From an uncultured Aminicenantes bacterium (GTDB lineage Bacteria; Acidobacteriota; Aminicenantia; UBA2199): a stretch of 64,000 nt of DNA. Where the stretch lies: positions 1-64,000 of the forward strand of contig CBDAFS010000040.1 in the NCBI GenBank assembly GCA_965195285.1, written 5' to 3'. This document shows positions 1-10,672 of this stretch, one piece after another. The notes under the pieces are model-generated. The model was not told where the DNA came from and did no database searches. It worked only from the letters and a program-made list of their open reading frames with translations. A program made the position numbers and the translations under genes. How positions within the stretch are numbered: the first letter of the stretch is position 1; each line of letters opens with the position of its first letter.

Positions 1-732
1 AAAAAAACTTTCACTGGCCACAGCAAAGAATTCCGCCGGATTAGTAGCGCCGTACTTGTTCATCACTGTTTTTCTCCATCTCTTTTTTTCTTTTTTCAGG
101 TTTTCAAATTCCCGGCTGAGCACCCTGGCCCAGGAGGCATAGCTGCTCCTGTTCTCCAGGATCGGTGCGCCGTCGGCAACGCCATCCTCCTGGTCCAGTT
201 GATGGGCAAATTCATGATAAACAACATTACGTGAATCATACATGTTTTTGGCGCCATGAACCGAGGCGTCCCAGGTCAGCACCAGTTCACCGCTGCCCCA
301 TGATTCACCCAGCGTAACCTGAGTTTTTTCAGTAACTATCCCGCTGTTAACAGACACCCTTTTAGCCAGATAGGAAGTGGGATAGACAAAAATTGACCTT
401 AATTTGGGATAAAAGGTCGTCCGTCTGTTAAGGATGAGCAGGCAGGCCTGAGCAGCGATCAGGGTCCTCATCTGGTCCGTAACCTCCAGCCCTTCGCAGC
501 CGAAAAAGGTTTTTTCATTTAAGAAAACCTTAATCTTGTTTTTCATATCCTGCTGAAGTTCGCCTGGCAATTTACTGTAAAGGGTATAACTCTCCTGTAA
601 ATAATTTTCCCACTCCCGGGGAAAAGGATCTTTCATTATTTTTTTCCTTTTATTTTCCCGGATCACATTTTTTGCCAAAAAGAAAATAACAATAAGCAAC
701 AACACCAGAATTAGTAACAAAATTTCCATCAT
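1..732 (-). CDS. MtfA-like zinc metallopeptidase (M90 family), 3' end runs off the window
   Basis: Absent from the ORF track; translated by hand: MMEILLLILVLLLIV... with N-terminal TM, LGESW, NVVYHEFAHQLD (HEXXH) and YGATNPAEFFAVASESFF. Confidence 0.85.
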   Translation of the reverse strand, partial: MMEILLLILVLLLIVIFFLAKNVIRENKRKKIMKDPFPREWENYLQESYTLYSKLPGELQQDMKNKIKVFLNEKTFFGCEGLEVTDQMRTLIAAQACLLILNRRTTFYPKLRSIFVYPTSYLAKRVSVNSGIVTEKTQVTLGESWGSGELVLTWDASVHGAKNMYDSRNVVYHEFAHQLDQEDGVADGAPILENRSSYASWARVLSREFENLKKEKKRWRKTVMNKYGATNPAEFFAVASESFF

Positions 733-779
733 CCACATCCTCTATATTCAGCCATATTTGTCATGATAACAACAGAGAT

Positions 780-2102
780 CTAATAAATGGAAAGGTAGCG
801 GTCCTGTTCCCAGGGATGTACCTGCTGAATATACAGCTCCCACTCCTTCAACTTGGCATCTGAAAAATATTTATAAATATGATTGCCGAGTACATCTCGC
901 ACCAGGGAGTCTTTTTCCATCAGGTTCAGGGCTTCGGCCAAGTTTCCAGGCAAGGAGCCAATTTTTAACCTCATTTTTTCCCGATTTGACATGGTATACA
1001 GGTTTTTGTTGACCGGGTCCGGAGGAATCATTCTATTCCTGATTCCATCGAGTCCCGCGCCCAGCATAACCGTCAGGGCCAGGTAAGGATTGGCTGAAGG
1101 ATCCGGCGATCTGAATTCGATTCGGGTTCCGATTTCTCTTTTGGCCGGAATTCTGATTAGGGGTGACCGGTTTTTCATGGACCAGCTGATTTGAGTGGGA
1201 GCTTCATATCCCGGAACCAGTCGTTTGAAGGAATTGACCAAGGGGTTGGTGATGGCGGTAATCCCTTTGGCATGCCTTAAGAGCCCGGCAATATAATTCA
1301 TGGCAATATCGCTCAGTTGGTGTTCGGCTTTGGGATCATAAAAAGCATTGGTCCCGTTCGAAAAAAGACTCTGGTGGGTGTGCATTCCGCTCCCGTTGAT
1401 TCCGAAAATCGGCTTGGGCATGAAAGTGGCATGAAGATTAAACTGAATGGCCACCCGTCTCACAATAAAACGGAAAGTCGCGATATTATCCGCTGTAGTC
1501 AGGGCATCGGCGTATTTGAAATCGATTTCGTGCTGTCCCGGGGCCACTTCATGATGGGCTGCCTCTACCTCAAAATTTATCTCGCATAAAGCATCAACCA
1601 TGGCCTGCCTGGCTTCTTCTCCCTTATCAATGGGTGTCAGATCAAAATAACCGGCTGTATCGTGGGTGGTGGTGGTAATGGCTCCATTGGTATCCCTTTC
1701 GAAAAGAAAAAACTCCGCCTCCAGGCCGGCATTCATTACATATCCCATTTTTTTGGCTTCCGCCACCTGTATTTTTAATGCACGCCGTGGACATCCGTCA
1801 AAAGGTGTATCATCGGGATTATAGATATCGCAAATGAGTCTGGCCACCTTATTTTCCTTGCCATTGGCGGGAAAAATCAGCAGCGTATCAAAATCAGGTC
1901 TCAGAAGCATATCCGATTCCTCGATCCGGGCAAAACCCTCTATAGAGGAACCGTCAAATAAGATTTTCCCATCCAGGGCTTTCTCAAATTGAGATTGGGG
2001 AACCCCGACATTCTTATTAATTCCCATGATGTCGGTGAATTGAAGTCGTAAATTGTTGATCTGTTCTTCTTTCAAAATCTTCAATACTTCATTTTTTTTC
2101 AT
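780..2102 (-). CDS. glnA: Glutamine synthetase type I
   Basis: FDGSSIEGF, HHEVAPGQHEI, NGSGMHTH, RIEFRSPDP motifs; start moved to MKKNEV (2102) behind GGAGG. Confidence 0.95.
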   Translation of the reverse strand: MKKNEVLKILKEEQINNLRLQFTDIMGINKNVGVPQSQFEKALDGKILFDGSSIEGFARIEESDMLLRPDFDTLLIFPANGKENKVARLICDIYNPDDTPFDGCPRRALKIQVAEAKKMGYVMNAGLEAEFFLFERDTNGAITTTTHDTAGYFDLTPIDKGEEARQAMVDALCEINFEVEAAHHEVAPGQHEIDFKYADALTTADNIATFRFIVRRVAIQFNLHATFMPKPIFGINGSGMHTHQSLFSNGTNAFYDPKAEHQLSDIAMNYIAGLLRHAKGITAITNPLVNSFKRLVPGYEAPTQISWSMKNRSPLIRIPAKREIGTRIEFRSPDPSANPYLALTVMLGAGLDGIRNRMIPPDPVNKNLYTMSNREKMRLKIGSLPGNLAEALNLMEKDSLVRDVLGNHIYKYFSDAKLKEWELYIQQVHPWEQDRYLSIY

Positions 2103-2252
2103 TAAAGCCTCCCATACCAGTTTCCCATACAATAATCAAAGCGTCAATAGATAAAAATCAATTTTGTTATTTTTTTTATGCGATTGTCCTAAAATAATGT
2201 TTTTTTTACAACAATGACATCATTATCATGTCATAATTGTCGACTTCAGTCC

Positions 2253-3743
2253 TCATTGATTTTTCCAGTCCTTAATATTGATGAGAAAATCACCGGTTGA
2301 TCCCATCAGGGTGCATACGTTGGCAGGAATACGAATTTGCTTTGAGATCCCCATATAATAATAGAGGTTGAACAGGGGAATCAGAGGCAATTCATTTTTC
2401 CAAATCCGGTTGGCCTGTAAATAAATTCCGCGCCTTTTTTCCGGATCCAATTCTTTTAATCCCTGGTCCAGTAATTCATCCATTTTTTCATTTTTAAAAC
2501 CACTGTAATTGAAATAAGAACCACCATAAAACACATCTTTCATATCATAATCAATATCCAGAAGAAAACCGGAAACGGCCAGGTCAAAATACCCTTTTTT
2601 CAAATAATCCAGGAAAACCTGGTATTCAAGGAACACCGGCTCCAGAATGACATTTTTACTCTTTAAGACCTGCTTAAAAAACAGAACAAATTCTTTTCTT
2701 ATTTTACTTTCGGAATTGGATAAAATTTTCAGTTTGATCGGGTTTTCCAATTCAACAACCGGTAAGGGGTTTTTATCCGCCTCTTCATCAAGCAGCAGAA
2801 ATGGGGTTTTTACAATATGGCCGCTATGTTTTAAAAAATGTTGTAAAAAGTCTCCCTTGATAAGACAATTATATATGACCCGCCTGAGGTTTTTCCCCAA
2901 CTTTGAATGATTTAAATTAAAAACCAGATAGGTAAAACCGAATTTCTTATACCGTAAAATGGAAAATTTTTCCCTCCACTGGGAAATTCGCCTGTAGGCC
3001 TGGGTATCTTCAGGCTGTAACTCACAGATATCAATTTCATCGTTCAACAATTTCAAGGGTTTCATAACTGTGGAGGTCACAACCGTATACTCAATGACCG
3101 GGAATAGTGATCCGGTTAAATCATATGTATTCCGAGTTAATTCAATCAATGACGGCTCCTTGATTCTTCCAAACTTATAGGGGCCGGTCCCAGATAACAA
3201 ACTGTTTTTAAATGTTGCCGGAGTTACTTTCTTTATCTGACCCGAATGTAAGATTTTAAAGGTCATCAGGTTCTTCCAGGCAGCTAATTTTTCATTCAGG
3301 ATCAAGCGAATACGGTAACGACCAATTTTTTCTATGGAATGAATGAAATCAAACGTGGATAAATATGGAAAGTGAATTTCCGGGTTTTTCAATAGCCTGA
3401 ATGTCGCCATTACATCTTCGGCATCCAGTTCCTTCCCATCTGAAAAAAACCGGTTTTCCTGCAATCGCATCACAACAATCTTCCCATTGGGATTTAGCAG
3501 GGTTTCCTCTACCAGGCCACTTCGTATCTCCCCCGCTTCATCAAAGTAATACAATGAATCAAAAACCTTGTTGATTACTGCCTGTGAAATCTCGTCGGTA
3601 ACATAAACCGGATTCAGAGACAACGGGAAATTATGTATCCCTATTCTCAAAGCATGTTTGCCCTGATTTGAAAACAAGGAAAGCGAAAAAAATAATATAA
3701 AAGACCAGATCAGTCCTTTTTTCATCATAACCCCCTGATTCAT
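2253..3743 (-). CDS. ABC transporter substrate-binding protein, family 5 (peptide/nickel)
   Basis: Signal peptide; SLNP, FSDGKELDAEDV, GTGPYK and ELPLIPLF motifs. Confidence 0.85.
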   Translation of the reverse strand: MNQGVMMKKGLIWSFILFFSLSLFSNQGKHALRIGIHNFPLSLNPVYVTDEISQAVINKVFDSLYYFDEAGEIRSGLVEETLLNPNGKIVVMRLQENRFFSDGKELDAEDVMATFRLLKNPEIHFPYLSTFDFIHSIEKIGRYRIRLILNEKLAAWKNLMTFKILHSGQIKKVTPATFKNSLLSGTGPYKFGRIKEPSLIELTRNTYDLTGSLFPVIEYTVVTSTVMKPLKLLNDEIDICELQPEDTQAYRRISQWREKFSILRYKKFGFTYLVFNLNHSKLGKNLRRVIYNCLIKGDFLQHFLKHSGHIVKTPFLLLDEEADKNPLPVVELENPIKLKILSNSESKIRKEFVLFFKQVLKSKNVILEPVFLEYQVFLDYLKKGYFDLAVSGFLLDIDYDMKDVFYGGSYFNYSGFKNEKMDELLDQGLKELDPEKRRGIYLQANRIWKNELPLIPLFNLYYYMGISKQIRIPANVCTLMGSTGDFLINIKDWKNQ

Positions 3744-3870
3744 ACACTATTGCTTGAAGCCATTTATCAAGCACAAGAAAAGTGTATTGTAATGAATCCG
3801 GGAAATGAAGTCAACAAATTCCCTTTGAATAACTGAAAAAGTGGAATTCTGAATACGGTGAGTATATTGA

Positions 3871-4104
3871 TTAATTGGCCAGTCGAACTTCCTTGATTTC
3901 CGGAATTTCTTCAATCATCATCTTTTCCACATAGCCCTTTATGGTCATGGTGCTCATGGGACAACCATGACAGGAACCGGTCAGATTGACCAGAACCACT
4001 TTTTCATCTTCCAGAACATCAACCAGTACAATACCGCCTCCGTCTGCCTCCAGAGCCGGTCTGACTTTTTCTATTACTGTATTTACTCTTTCTTTTAAAT
4101 CCAT
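3871..4104 (-). CDS. NifU/NfuA-domain Fe-S carrier protein
   Basis: VRPALEADGGGI and GSCHGCPMS (CxxC). Confidence 0.9.
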   Translation of the reverse strand: MDLKERVNTVIEKVRPALEADGGGIVLVDVLEDEKVVLVNLTGSCHGCPMSTMTIKGYVEKMMIEEIPEIKEVRLAN

Positions 4105-4191
4105 TATTTTCTCCTATCTTTTATATCAATCTATAAGCAAGTAATCATACCTTGTTGCTCACATTTTGTCAATGTCAATTCTTGTTCCTGT

Positions 4192-5097
4192 TTACACGTA
4201 CTGGAGCATTTTATCCAGTGCATTGAAGGCTTTCTTCGATATGAAATCTTCAATAATGATTTCGTACTTCTCTTCTTTCAGTGAATCATACACATCCCTC
4301 AGAGAAGTTCTTTTCATATTGGAACAGATTTTTGGCCTGAGGGCAGGTAAGAATATTTTTTCCGGATGCTCCCGTTTCATGCGCTCTAGAAGACCCTGTT
4401 CGGTGGCTACAATATACTCCAGGCTTCCCGGCTGACTGACATATTTCAACATCTGGCTGGTTGAAAGCACTTCATCGGCAATTTCAACCACTTCGGCTCT
4501 CACTTCCGGATGAACAATCACACGGGCTTTTGGATACTTGTTTTTCATCTCCTCAATTTCCGCCTTTTTGATTCGATGATGAACATAACAATACCCTTCG
4601 AATAAAATGATTCTCTTTTCAGGTATCTGCTTTTGGACATAGGCACCCAGGTTCTGGTCCGGAATGAAGATGATCTCGCTGGCATCTATATTCTTCACCA
4701 CCTTAACCGCATTGGCAGAAGTACAACAGATATCGCTTTCCGCTTTGATCTCGACACTTGAATTGACATAGGTTACCACTTTGGCTGCCGGATGCTGCTC
4801 CTTCAGGTAGCGGAGATCATCAAGGGTAATCATATCTGCCATGGGACAGCCTGCATCAAAGCGGGGCAAGAGCACTTTTTTGCCCGGCGATAATACTTTG
4901 GCAGTCTCAGCCATAAATTTTACGCCGGCAAAAACAATCACATCATGTTTTACTTCCGCTGCTTTTCGGCTTAAATCAAGAGAATCGCCCAGATAGTCGG
5001 CAATTAATTGAACTTCTTCAATCTGGTAATTGTGGGCCAGGATAACGGCGTTCTTTTCCCCTTTTAATTCTTCAATTTTTCGATTCAGGTTCCCCAT
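4192..5097 (-). CDS. nadA: Quinolinate synthase
   Basis: ILAHNYQ, GDSLDLS, AGCPMA, YVNS, CYVH and C-terminal CSNMK. Confidence 0.95.
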   Translation of the reverse strand: MGNLNRKIEELKGEKNAVILAHNYQIEEVQLIADYLGDSLDLSRKAAEVKHDVIVFAGVKFMAETAKVLSPGKKVLLPRFDAGCPMADMITLDDLRYLKEQHPAAKVVTYVNSSVEIKAESDICCTSANAVKVVKNIDASEIIFIPDQNLGAYVQKQIPEKRIILFEGYCYVHHRIKKAEIEEMKNKYPKARVIVHPEVRAEVVEIADEVLSTSQMLKYVSQPGSLEYIVATEQGLLERMKREHPEKIFLPALRPKICSNMKRTSLRDVYDSLKEEKYEIIIEDFISKKAFNALDKMLQYV

Positions 5098-5204
5098 TTT
5101 ATTAAGTTATCTTTTAACATATTTCTCCCCTCTGGTCAAACTGTTGTTTTTCCTTGACCAAATCCAATTCAAATACTATAATTTCATTGCAGCGGAGGTA
5201 TAAC

Positions 5205-6392
5205 ATGCAAATATCAAAGCGGGCAAGAGAAATTCAGGAATCTCCTATCCGAAAATTAGCAGCGATTGCCAATGATGCCAAAAAAAGGGGGATTTCCATT
5301 TATCACCTGAATATTGGTCAGCCGGATATTAAAACACCGGAAATATTCTTCGATAATATTAAAAACTTCTCTGAAAAGGTTTTGGCTTACGGTCCATCCG
5401 ATGGATTGGAATCATTGAAAAACGTCATAGTAAAGTACTTTGCCTATTATGATATCCATCTCAAAAATGAAGATATTGTGATTTCCACCGGGGGCAGCGA
5501 GGCCGTGTATTTCACTTTCAATGTGATCGGTGATCCGGGTGACCAAATCATCATCCCTGAGCCTTTTTATACCAATTATAATGGATACGCATCCCTATCC
5601 AATCTCGAAATTGTCCCCATCACCACACTCCCGGAATCGGGCTTCCATCTTCCCTCAATGTCTGAAATCGAAAAAAAAGTGACCTCCAAAACCAGGGCTA
5701 TTATGATCTGTTCTCCCAACAATCCGACCGGTACTGTTTTCAGTCGGGAAGAAATCAACCAGCTTGGGAATCTGGCCCGGAAACACGATCTTTTTCTCAT
5801 TGCCGATGAAGTGTATAAAGAGTTTATTTATGATGGCGAAAAACATTACAGCATTTTGCAACTGAACGGGCTGGAAGATCGGGTCATAGTAGTTGATTCC
5901 ATTTCCAAGAGATATTCAGCCTGCGGAGCCCGGATCGGAGCAGTTTTTTCAAAAAATAAGGAAGTCATGAAATCCATATTGAAATTTGCCCAGACCAGGT
6001 TATGTCCTCCCAGCCTGGAACAGATCGGTGCCATTGGGGCTTATCAACTTCCCATGGATTATTTCACTGGAATCAGAACGGAATATCAAAAACGAAGAGA
6101 CACATTATTCGAGATCCTGACTTCCAATAAAGATATATTGTTGCGAAAACCCGAAGGGGCTTTTTATATTATGGCCAAATTGCCGGTCGACGATTCAGAA
6201 CACTTTTCCAGATGGCTCCTGGAAGAATTCCAAAGTGACGGCGAAACGGTTATGGTTGCACCCGGAGCCGGCTTTTATTCCACACCGGGCAGGGGAAACC
6301 AGGAAGTGAGAATCGCATATGTATTGGAGACCCGGAAACTGGAACGGGCCAGCCATATACTTTTGGAAGCTCTTAATCGCTACAACCGCTAA
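5205..6392 (+). CDS. PLP-dependent aminotransferase class I/II (aspartate aminotransferase-like)
   Basis: LNIGQPD, SPNNPTG, DEVY, SISKRYSACGARIG; start at ATG 5205 behind GGAGG. Confidence 0.9.
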   Translation: MQISKRAREIQESPIRKLAAIANDAKKRGISIYHLNIGQPDIKTPEIFFDNIKNFSEKVLAYGPSDGLESLKNVIVKYFAYYDIHLKNEDIVISTGGSEAVYFTFNVIGDPGDQIIIPEPFYTNYNGYASLSNLEIVPITTLPESGFHLPSMSEIEKKVTSKTRAIMICSPNNPTGTVFSREEINQLGNLARKHDLFLIADEVYKEFIYDGEKHYSILQLNGLEDRVIVVDSISKRYSACGARIGAVFSKNKEVMKSILKFAQTRLCPPSLEQIGAIGAYQLPMDYFTGIRTEYQKRRDTLFEILTSNKDILLRKPEGAFYIMAKLPVDDSEHFSRWLLEEFQSDGETVMVAPGAGFYSTPGRGNQEVRIAYVLETRKLERASHILLEALNRYNR

Positions 6393-6446
6393 CCTGTCTG
6401 ATTCGTCATGCTGTAAACATTCAGGAATATTTGCTATAATATCCAT

Positions 6447-6836
6447 ATGAGAAAAGGATTTAATCTGATTGAAATGCTGATCGTGATGGTTATTATCGGC
6501 ATTCTCGTAACCATCATTATTCCCAGTTACAGACATTCGGCAATACGCGCCAAGGAAGCGGTATTGAAAGAAAACCTGTTTCAAATCCGGGATGCCCTCA
6601 ATAAATACTACTATGACAAAAAAAAATACCCTACTTCTTTGAAAGATCTGGTGGCCAGCCGGTATTTGAGAGATTTGCCGGTTGATCCCATAACCAATCA
6701 AGCAGATTGGAAGCTGATTCATTTAGAACCGGCAGAGGATGAAGATTTTGATCCGGAATTGATGGAGGGAATTATCGATGTCAGCAGCCGGGCAACCGGC
6801 ACGGCTCAGGACGGAACCCGGTATTTCGACTGGTAA
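6447..6836 (+). CDS. Type II secretion/type IV pilin-like pseudopilin (GspG-like)
   Basis: Class III signal KG|FNLIE with E+5; YPTSLKDLV and PVDP. Confidence 0.85.
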   Translation: MRKGFNLIEMLIVMVIIGILVTIIIPSYRHSAIRAKEAVLKENLFQIRDALNKYYYDKKKYPTSLKDLVASRYLRDLPVDPITNQADWKLIHLEPAEDEDFDPELMEGIIDVSSRATGTAQDGTRYFDW

Positions 6837-6839
6837 TCA

Positions 6840-7373
6840 TTGATCAAAAAGGTATCAATGGAAAAAAAACGCCAATCCAAAGAAAAAGGTTATTCCCTAT
6901 TGGTAGCCATTTTTGCTGTCACTATATTTTCGATTCTGATACTGACCGCCAGAGCTCACTGGGAGACAGAAATCAGACGGGATCTGGAAGCGGAATTGAT
7001 TTTCAGGGGCCGTCAGTATGTAATAGCTATCGAAAAGTATATGAAAAAAAACAACAACTTGTTTCCCCAAAATCTGGATGTGTTATATGAAAAAAAATTT
7101 ATCCGGAAACTATATCCGGATCCCATGAGCGAATCGGGAACCTGGAACATAGTCATGCAATCATCCAGGGCAGGTTCAAAAAAATTACTAATTGTGCCTG
7201 AGGAATTTGTGAGCAAAATGCTGGCTCAAGCCCGAATTATTGGAGTGAGCTCAACTTCCACTGCTGAAAGTTATCAGGAATACCGAAAAAAAAAACAATA
7301 TCATGAATGGGCATTTTATCTGGGAGAGAAGCCAGAAGATGAAATGCCCAGACTGGAGTTTGTAAATTTTTAA
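6840..7373 (+). CDS. Minor pseudopilin-like type II secretion protein
   Basis: KG|YSLLV hydrophobic helix lacking E+5; EAELIFRG and IRKLYPDPM; start may be ATG 6858. Confidence 0.7.
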   Translation: MIKKVSMEKKRQSKEKGYSLLVAIFAVTIFSILILTARAHWETEIRRDLEAELIFRGRQYVIAIEKYMKKNNNLFPQNLDVLYEKKFIRKLYPDPMSESGTWNIVMQSSRAGSKKLLIVPEEFVSKMLAQARIIGVSSTSTAESYQEYRKKKQYHEWAFYLGEKPEDEMPRLEFVNF

Positions 7374-8509
7374 TGAAAAATTTCCTTATCCTGGCAGCTG
7401 AAAACTCAGCCGAAAATTACGGAGTTCAAATAATCGATCAATTTAACAGATCCCGGGAAAATATCCATTTTTTTGGAGTGGGTGGAGACAGATTCGAAAA
7501 AAAAGGAGTTGAAATTCTTTTCCATAACCATGAGTTTGCCGTTATCGGTATCATCGAGGTTTTGTCCAGCATAATCAAGTTCAAGAGGTATATGCGCTTG
7601 ATTCTGAAAAAGGCGGTGGAGAAAAAAGCCGAAGCCGCCATTCTGATCGATTTTCCCGATTTCAACCTGAGACTGGCCAGGAAATTGAAAAAAGCAGGTA
7701 TCCCTGTATATTATTATATTAGCCCCACCGTTTGGGCCTGGAGGTATTCAAGAGTTAAATTGATCCGAAAAACAGTCAAGCATCTATTTGTCATTTTCCC
7801 ATTCGAACAGGAAATATATAAAAAAGAAAAAATACCATTTACCTATACCGGCCATCCCCTGCTTTCCATGATCCGGGTTGAGGAAAGCAAACCCGATTTC
7901 AGAAAAAGAATGGCCCTGAAGAATACCGACATGTTAATCAGTCTACTCCCCGGAAGCAGGCCATCAGAGGTGAAATTCATGCTCCCGGAAATGGTGAAAG
8001 CGGTAAACCGTTTGAAAGAAAAACAAAAATTAAAAGTATGTTTATTAAAGGCCCATACCATTGACCGAAAAATGATCTCTGATATTCTAAAACAAACAGA
8101 TACCCGGATTGAAATCATTGATCAAGACCAGGGACACAACCTGATCAACGCTTCAGATTTGATCATCACCACCTGTGGCACCGCAAACCTGGAAATCGCC
8201 ATGATTGGGGTTCCATTTGTGGCCTGTTATCGGGTACATTCCCTGTCTTACTATTTAGGTATTCATCTGGTCAAAATAAAACTCTATTCTATCATCAATA
8301 TTCTGGCCAAGGAAAAAGTAGTCCCGGAACTCATTCAGAGAGAATTCAGGTCAGAAAAAATTTTCCAGGAAGTGATGAATATCCTGGAAAACAAGGATTT
8401 GAAAGAACAAATGCTGGCCAAATTCAAAAGTATAAAAGAACTGCTCTGGCAGAACACCAATCCAGCGGAAATTATATATACTAAAATCAAGCGTGATTTG
8501 TCAATATAA
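7373..8509 (+). CDS. lpxB: Lipid-A-disaccharide synthase
   Basis: IDFPDFN, YYISPTVWAWR, GHPL, LLPGSR, PELIQ. Confidence 0.93.
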   Translation: MKNFLILAAENSAENYGVQIIDQFNRSRENIHFFGVGGDRFEKKGVEILFHNHEFAVIGIIEVLSSIIKFKRYMRLILKKAVEKKAEAAILIDFPDFNLRLARKLKKAGIPVYYYISPTVWAWRYSRVKLIRKTVKHLFVIFPFEQEIYKKEKIPFTYTGHPLLSMIRVEESKPDFRKRMALKNTDMLISLLPGSRPSEVKFMLPEMVKAVNRLKEKQKLKVCLLKAHTIDRKMISDILKQTDTRIEIIDQDQGHNLINASDLIITTCGTANLEIAMIGVPFVACYRVHSLSYYLGIHLVKIKLYSIINILAKEKVVPELIQREFRSEKIFQEVMNILENKDLKEQMLAKFKSIKELLWQNTNPAEIIYTKIKRDLSI

Positions 8510-8707
8510 GGACCATAATCCAGCCAGATATCAATGAATAACCAAACCGGATAACCCGGTCAAAACAGGCTCGGTATTTGACTTTTTACCTTCAACTATA
8601 CTATAATATCATGGTGATCATTTCATCCAATCTATAATAATTATGCGGGGAAATTGGTTTGAATCATGATATGATTTTGTTTTTTTTAAAGGGTAAGGAA
8701 GGCAATA

Positions 8708-10672
8708 ATGGGAAAAGTAATTGGCATTGACTTGGGTACTACCAATTCGGTGGTGGCGGTATATGAATCCGAAAATCCCGGAATCATTCTGACTCAGGAT
8801 GGAGATCGGACATTACCATCAGTGGTTGCGTTTACTCAGAATGAAGAAAGGCTGGTCGGGAATCCAGCCAAGAGTCAATTAATCACCAATCCGGAAAACA
8901 CCATATATTCAGTAAAAAGACTTATGGGGAAACGGTTTTCCGAACTGGAACCTTTCCTTGACCAATTCAGCTATTCTATTGTCAAAGAACCTAGAGATTC
9001 ATTAAAGATTAAAATAAAAGACAAATTGTTTTCTCCAGAAGAAATCTCGGCCATGATTCTGGAAAAATTGAAGGAAGCCTCTGAATTGTATTTGGGTTCC
9101 GGGATCGAAAGTACAATCATAACGGTCCCGGCCTATTTCAATGATTCTCAGCGAAAGGCAACCAGAGATGCCGGGGAAATTGCCGGCCTGCAGGTTACCC
9201 GGATCATCAATGAACCCACTGCTGCTGCGCTCGCCTTTTCCCTAGACCTGAAGAAGCAATCAAAAATTGTGGTGTATGATTTCGGAGGGGGAACCATTGA
9301 TGTCTCCATCCTGGAAGTGGATAAGGAAATCATCAAGGTTATTGCCACCGCAGGAAATAGTAACCTGGGCGGAAACGATATTGATATCCTGTTATCAAAT
9401 TTACTTATCTCTGAATTTAAGAATGAGTACGATATTGACCTGTCCAAGAATAAACTGGCCGTACAGAGAATCCGAGATGCGGCGGAAATTGCCAAAAAGG
9501 AACTTTCAAGCCTGGACGCCTGTGAAATCAATCTTCCTTTTACGGCAGACTCGGCCAAAGGCCCGATCCATCTTCTCAGATATATCAGCCGTACCGAATT
9601 TGAAAATTTAATCCTTGAAAAGATTGAGGAAACCATTGAAATCATGGAATTTCTCTTAAACAATGCCAATATCGAAAAAAGTGATATTCAGGAGATTTTG
9701 ATGGTGGGCGGATCAACACGGATACCACTGGTTCAAGCAAAAGTCAATAACTTTTTTAAAAAAGAGCCCAACAAGAAAATCAACCCGGATGAAATCGTGG
9801 CCCTGGGCGCAGCCATGCAGGGTGCCATCATCAAAGGAGAGACCACAGACATACTGCTGCTGGACGTAACTCCCCTCTCTTTGGGGGTTAAAACCTATGG
9901 CGGCTCTTATTCCAGAATTATTGAAGCCAACACAACCATTCCTACTGATCGAAGCCTGATTTTTTCTACGGTCGAAGACAATCAGAGTGAAGTTGAGATC
10001 AATGTCTACCAGGGCGAGCGGGAAATCGCCGAAGAAAACAAATTGCTGGGGAAATTTTCACTTAGGGGCATTAACCCGGCCCCCAAAGGGCTATCCCGGA
10101 TTGAAGTCAATTTCAATATCAATATCAACGGGATTTTAACAGCCACAGCCATAGATCTTTCCTCCAAGCAGAAAAAAGAAGTGGTGATTTCGAATTCCGG
10201 TTTGTTGTCCGAAAGTGAAATCGCTGAATTGAAAAAGGAGGGAGAAAAATACAAAAGGGCCGATCTGGAAAGAAAGGAAACAATCAGTAAAAAAGCCAGC
10301 ATATACAATCACATATATTCTATTGATCAATTCATCTCTAATATGAAACTGGATCCTGAAATTCAGGACGAGTGCAATAGTGCCCTTGATGAAGCCCATC
10401 GGGTAATTGAAAAGGAGAAGACCGAAGAAATGGATGAAACCATAATAAAACTCCAGGAAATGAACAACCGACTGACCTCATTGTACAAAACAGTGATTGA
10501 GAATATCCCCCAGAAAGAAATAAAACCCGTAGAAGATGAAAAATTACTTGACAGCAAAAAGAAAGTTGAGACCAAACCGCTTCAATATTTAAAAGAAAAA
10601 AAGAAAGAAGCGGAAGAACCAACCTTGAAGAAACCAGATACCAATCCTATCCAATCAACCAAAAATAAATGA
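8708..10672 (+). CDS. dnaK: Hsp70/DnaK family chaperone (possibly a paralog)
   Basis: GIDLGTTNS, TVPAYFND, INEPTAAA, DFGGGT, LVGGSTRIP-like motif, DILLLDVTPLSLG linker. Confidence 0.9.
   Translation: MGKVIGIDLGTTNSVVAVYESENPGIILTQDGDRTLPSVVAFTQNEERLVGNPAKSQLITNPENTIYSVKRLMGKRFSELEPFLDQFSYSIVKEPRDSLKIKIKDKLFSPEEISAMILEKLKEASELYLGSGIESTIITVPAYFNDSQRKATRDAGEIAGLQVTRIINEPTAAALAFSLDLKKQSKIVVYDFGGGTIDVSILEVDKEIIKVIATAGNSNLGGNDIDILLSNLLISEFKNEYDIDLSKNKLAVQRIRDAAEIAKKELSSLDACEINLPFTADSAKGPIHLLRYISRTEFENLILEKIEETIEIMEFLLNNANIEKSDIQEILMVGGSTRIPLVQAKVNNFFKKEPNKKINPDEIVALGAAMQGAIIKGETTDILLLDVTPLSLGVKTYGGSYSRIIEANTTIPTDRSLIFSTVEDNQSEVEINVYQGEREIAEENKLLGKFSLRGINPAPKGLSRIEVNFNININGILTATAIDLSSKQKKEVVISNSGLLSESEIAELKKEGEKYKRADLERKETISKKASIYNHIYSIDQFISNMKLDPEIQDECNSALDEAHRVIEKEKTEEMDETIIKLQEMNNRLTSLYKTVIENIPQKEIKPVEDEKLLDSKKKVETKPLQYLKEKKKEAEEPTLKKPDTNPIQSTKNK

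Noticed and set aside
8510-8707. CIRCE or ncRNA upstream of dnaK
   Set aside because: No TTAGCACTC-N9-GAGTGCTAA is present, only a sigma70-like promoter and a weak AATCAT-N3-ATGATT palindrome.
9148-9669. 173-aa ORF antisense to dnaK
   Set aside because: Long antisense frames opposite Hsp70 genes are a known codon-usage artefact.
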